Shown here piece by piece: positions 26,161 through 29,840 of a DNA stretch of 29,840 nt (positions are counted from its first letter, which is position 1; each line of letters opens with the position of its first letter). This DNA comes from a virus. Lineage: Duplodnaviria > Caudoviricetes. Below the pieces are notes generated by a model. It was not told the DNA's origin, did no database searches, and saw only the letters and a list, made by a program, of their open reading frames with translations. The stretch lies in IMG/VR virus record IMGVR_UViG_3300005077_001076, positions 1 through 29,840 of that record; one strand, given 5' to 3'. Made by a program: the position numbers and the translations under genes.

Positions 26161-26412
26161 ATGACAATTAAACATCGTATACATTTAATAGGTCCTAAGA
26201 TTAGGTGGTTTTTTAGAGATATCAAAAGAATGATTATTGAAAGAGGCGGATTTAGAAAAGTAGTGGAAGTTGAAGAGAGAATAAAAAAATTGGAACAGAT
26301 GAGATTGGGAATGATTAGGAAAAATAGTGATGAATCGCTTAAATTTGCTTATGGTATGGAAAAACAGATAGAAATATTAAAATGGGTGTTGGGTAATTCT
26401 TATGGCTCTTGA
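26161..26412 (+). CDS. Hypothetical protein (start likely ATG 26161)
   Basis: ORF track; ATG 1 nt after upstream stop; ends 'IEILKWVLG'. Confidence 0.65.
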   Translation: MTIKHRIHLIGPKIRWFFRDIKRMIIERGGFRKVVEVEERIKKLEQMRLGMIRKNSDESLKFAYGMEKQIEILKWVLGNSYGS

Positions 26413-26587
26413 TGGTGGTAAACCGGTTAAATCATATGCTTATGATGTAAAAACAAAAAAATGGGCACCAATGCCCAGATATAATGTTGGTCCTGACGGT
26501 AATTTAGATATAGAAATAACAGGACTTGGTAGTTATGCTACCAATCATGTTAGTTTAACATACAACTTATTTTCAGTAGTTTTTTAA
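26402..26587 (+). CDS. Hypothetical protein, possibly truncated at a recombination junction
   Basis: ORF track; lies at the compositional boundary described in findings. Confidence 0.5.
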   Translation: MALDGGKPVKSYAYDVKTKKWAPMPRYNVGPDGNLDIEITGLGSYATNHVSLTYNLFSVVF

Positions 26588-26596
26588 GGAGGATAC

Positions 26597-26839
26597 ATGG
26601 AAGCACTAACAACAAAAGACGGGAAAACAATTCTTTACGAAAACGGCATAGCCGAAGTGGTTGATGTAAAAGACCTTGAGTTAAGGAAAGCCGATATAGA
26701 AAAAAGGGTAAAGACAATGCCTACAGATGAGGAACTTTTGGTGTGGGCAAAAGAGAACTACCCTATGGTAGACCATCGAGAGGAATTGAAAGAACTTGAA
26801 AGTATAAAAACTAAACTTAACCTTGTTAAGGAGAAATAA
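26597..26839 (+). CDS. Hypothetical protein (possible tail-fibre accessory/chaperone)
   Basis: SD AAGGAGG; coupled to the large fibre gene. Confidence 0.75.
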   Translation: MEALTTKDGKTILYENGIAEVVDVKDLELRKADIEKRVKTMPTDEELLVWAKENYPMVDHREELKELESIKTKLNLVKEK

Positions 26840-29710
26840 ATGGCGATATTGGTGTCTGACAGTAGTAACTCAAAATATGGAACGGGAGTAGCTACTGTGG
26901 CTGTAAACTCGGGTGGTAGTGGTTATTCTGTTAATGATGTTTTGACTTTAACTGGTGGTGATGGAAATGCCACTTGTACTGTTTTGACAGTTGATGGTTC
27001 TGGTGTAGTTTTGACAATCTCAAGGACAACAGTTGGTTCTGGTTATTCTGCTGGTACGGAAAATACCACAGTCGCACCTGCTGGTGGTTCGGGGTGTACG
27101 ATTGATATTACAGTTCAAGCTGGTATAGGAACGGCAAATGGTTTTTACCGAGCAGAAGCACAAAATGTTTCGTGTGCTGGTGCTTCAAAATCATTTACTA
27201 CAGCAACCCCCGCTACTATTGATGTAACTTTTGCAAATGCTGGCAACTGTCAGGGTGTAATTTTAACCACTTATACACTACCTGATGTTTCGGGATATAG
27301 AGATTATATTGTTAAACTGCAGGAACAAACAGCCCCATCTGTTTGGACTGACAGAGCCTCGGTTACTGTAAGTCAATCAACCGTAGCTGTTACTAATGCG
27401 GGACAAAGTTATAGATTTATAATCTATCCTTTTGTTTTTACCACTCCGTATGCAGTAGATACTACTCCAAATAAATGGAGATTTAGTATTGGGCTAACAG
27501 GAACGGGAAATGATATTGGTTATGTAATGACATCTAATGGCACGGCAATATCCTATATAACTTGGTGCGATACCACAGTAAGTTATTCAGCAAATGACGC
27601 TTTAATTGTCAAAGACCCTGTTGTTGTTGACCAAAGCTGTACTTTTAGCGGAGTGAATGGGACAGACGCCACAAATAGTTATGCAATTATTTTATGTCGT
27701 GGGGCGGACAACACATATTCGGGAATGGTAAATTTTTCGTGGGAAAACCCACCACAAGCTTCTTATACATTGACAATCAAGGGAAGAATGATAATGAGTT
27801 CGTATTCTACTTGGCAAATAGGGAGTGAGGATTCTCCAATTCCTGCCGCACAACAGGCTTATGTATATTGGGACACGCCACCTACAGGAACAATTATAAC
27901 GAACACAGGACTTCATTACATATATTTGAGTTATTCGGGTGGAAATATGAGCGGAAACCTTATATGGTATGGGGAATATCCAACATATATGCAAACCACT
28001 CTTGCGGCTGACGCAAATATTGGAGACACCACATTAACAACAACTGATACTACGGGTTGGAGTATAGGAGATACCATAGCCATAGGGAAAAGAAACGCCT
28101 CAACGGGAAATATAACTAGAACGATTACCAATATTTCAGGAACAACCATTACAATAAATTCTGCAATAGCATCTGCAAAACATTTTTCTGGTGGACATAT
28201 TTTGAACCTTACTTCTTCAAAATACGGTATCTATGAAAACGTCAACACAACTACGGGTGCTCAATTCAAATATGTTCTTGGTCCTCATCATTTTTACAAC
28301 GAAGGAGTATTTTTTAGGGCTATGTATTATGCGGCTGGTGGTTATGAATTTAATGCTGACCCTTTTTCAATGAGAACGGGATTTACAATAAAACATTGTT
28401 GTGTGGTTGCAGCGGCAAGTGCAACTATTGGCACTGCTTTTCTAACAACTGTAACGATTGACCCTGTAACGATGGATATATCAGATAACATCTTTTACAG
28501 GACTACTGCGGTGTCAGGTTTTGGTATTCAGTATTCCAGTTTCCCATCGTTGGGTATATATACAACCTTGAGGGCGGTAACAATTAAAAGGAATATTATT
28601 TTGTATAGTTATCCAAATCTTTTGTCTGGCGGTCCTTCAACCCATACTTATGACATACAGGATAATTATTTTGAAAATGGGGATTATTATTATTCTTTTA
28701 TGGCATCTCTTATTGGGACCAACATCACATTTAAGAATAACCACTTTTGGTATGCTTATGGCGGGGCAATTTCCACCAGTTATGGCACACTTGCTATTTC
28801 AACCTGTATTCTGCCAAAAGATATTAGTAATAATTATATTGATGCTTGTCCAGTAGCTATTGTAATACAAGCTGCAACAACTAAAAAGGTAATATTAAAT
28901 GAGTTTCACTTCGGAGATGAAGTTGCAAACACAACCGATGTAGCGGGTGGGTCTGGTGCTATGATGGATATTATTTTCAAATCTCCAACAGTAGCACTTA
29001 ATATATACAATGCGAATTTTATATACTCTACTCCGTCAAGTAGGCTGGCTGTTGTCAGGGATAACGACACTGATAATGCAGATTATTCACTAACAACCTA
29101 TGGAAATATTTACAGGACAGGAACGGGACTTTCCGACACCACAGCTAGGACAGCGGGGGGATATGCGGCAAGGTTTGAGTCTTTAAGCTTAGCAAATCCT
29201 TTAGAGTGGGAGTTTATTATCCCCACAGGCAATATACAGGACAAAACTATGATGGTGGGTGTGTGGTGCAAGATAAATTCAGCCACATATTATGCAGGAA
29301 CGCACCAGCTCCCACGACTGACTATTGATTATGATGATGGAACGACAGCCTATGTTCAGGCTTCCGAAACTACCGACTGGCAATTCTTACCTTTGCCTTT
29401 TGTCCCAACAACTACATTTGGTCAGATAACAGTAAAAATATCAACAATGACAGATGCTACCTCAACTAATGCTTATGTCTATTTTGACGACTTTAAGACT
29501 TTGTTTCCTGCCGAAGCACCACTTGATACACAAACGATGGACTTATGGGCTGACGGGCTTCCAGTCGTTCCACCTATTGCCACAGTTCTGTCGGCAAATG
29601 ATGTATGGTCTGCGGCAGATAATGTTGACTATGGTTCAAACACAATGGGAAATAAACTAAAGAAACAGCCATTTTTACTTGATGATGGAACTTATATTAT
29701 AAAGAAATAA
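26840..29710 (+). CDS. Large virion structural/tail fibre or spike protein (G8-like, beta-helix and carbohydrate-binding-like segments)
   Basis: 956 aa T/S/G-rich; GGSGY motifs, 'TTLAADANIGDTTLT...GWSIGDTIAI', I-x-x-N-x-F beta-helix repeats, 'YVYFDDF' CBM-like end; SD AAGGAG. Confidence 0.75.
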   Translation: MAILVSDSSNSKYGTGVATVAVNSGGSGYSVNDVLTLTGGDGNATCTVLTVDGSGVVLTISRTTVGSGYSAGTENTTVAPAGGSGCTIDITVQAGIGTANGFYRAEAQNVSCAGASKSFTTATPATIDVTFANAGNCQGVILTTYTLPDVSGYRDYIVKLQEQTAPSVWTDRASVTVSQSTVAVTNAGQSYRFIIYPFVFTTPYAVDTTPNKWRFSIGLTGTGNDIGYVMTSNGTAISYITWCDTTVSYSANDALIVKDPVVVDQSCTFSGVNGTDATNSYAIILCRGADNTYSGMVNFSWENPPQASYTLTIKGRMIMSSYSTWQIGSEDSPIPAAQQAYVYWDTPPTGTIITNTGLHYIYLSYSGGNMSGNLIWYGEYPTYMQTTLAADANIGDTTLTTTDTTGWSIGDTIAIGKRNASTGNITRTITNISGTTITINSAIASAKHFSGGHILNLTSSKYGIYENVNTTTGAQFKYVLGPHHFYNEGVFFRAMYYAAGGYEFNADPFSMRTGFTIKHCCVVAAASATIGTAFLTTVTIDPVTMDISDNIFYRTTAVSGFGIQYSSFPSLGIYTTLRAVTIKRNIILYSYPNLLSGGPSTHTYDIQDNYFENGDYYYSFMASLIGTNITFKNNHFWYAYGGAISTSYGTLAISTCILPKDISNNYIDACPVAIVIQAATTKKVILNEFHFGDEVANTTDVAGGSGAMMDIIFKSPTVALNIYNANFIYSTPSSRLAVVRDNDTDNADYSLTTYGNIYRTGTGLSDTTARTAGGYAARFESLSLANPLEWEFIIPTGNIQDKTMMVGVWCKINSATYYAGTHQLPRLTIDYDDGTTAYVQASETTDWQFLPLPFVPTTTFGQITVKISTMTDATSTNAYVYFDDFKTLFPAEAPLDTQTMDLWADGLPVVPPIATVLSANDVWSAADNVDYGSNTMGNKLKKQPFLLDDGTYIIKK

Positions 29711-29711
29711 T

Positions 29712-29840
29712 ATGGCAACTCATGAAACCTTATCAGCATGTAATACATTTGTACTTAAAAAAGAAAACGAGTATTGTCAGGATATGATAAGGGAATATGA
29801 TTTAACTGTAGAGATGGGCACAGATCAGGACTTAAATGAT
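29712..29840 (+). CDS. Hypothetical protein, partial (runs off window end)
   Basis: MATHETLSACNTFVLKKENEYCQDMIREYDLTVEMGTDQDLND..., ATG 1 nt after upstream stop. Confidence 0.55.
   Translation, partial: MATHETLSACNTFVLKKENEYCQDMIREYDLTVEMGTDQDLND

Noticed and set aside
3718-29660. Nested or antisense ORFs inside long genes (e.g. 3718, 5180, 5233, 7524, 9562, 10496, 12996, 13048, 13259, 14818, 16530, 17027, 17901, 19198, 22979, 24521, 25174, 25445, 27692, 27931, 28650, 29454)
   Set aside because: Overlap well-supported genes and lack motifs; expected by chance

Overview
The window is part of an AT-rich tailed dsDNA phage (or prophage) genome with a P22/T7-like, podovirus-style head module. 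Positions 1-6000 hold leftward-transcribed small accessory genes and an amidoligase + class II glutamine amidotransferase pair. Rightward genes follow: terS, terL, portal, a lytic transglycosylase-LysM protein, scaffold, decoration protein and major capsid protein. Directly after the capsid gene, a separate sigma70-type promoter precedes three small paralogous proteins, two with mucin-like Ser/Thr tails. Downstream lies an ~8.4 kb glycan-biosynthesis cassette: 5 glycosyltransferases, a nucleotide-sugar dehydrogenase, 3 methyltransferases, a deacetylase and two Pro-rich proteins. The best candidate for a new system is a phage-encoded virion 'glycocalyx', with glycan enzymes encoded next to their apparent acceptor proteins (inference). 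CCGG is strongly over-represented, peaking at 3.2-5.4 kb, while the 3 kb tail-fibre module contains no CCGG or GATC and looks recently swapped in. Several structured non-coding elements were also found. No tRNA, rRNA, CRISPR array or integrase was seen. All family assignments come from motif recognition by eye, not database searches, and all counts are manual.
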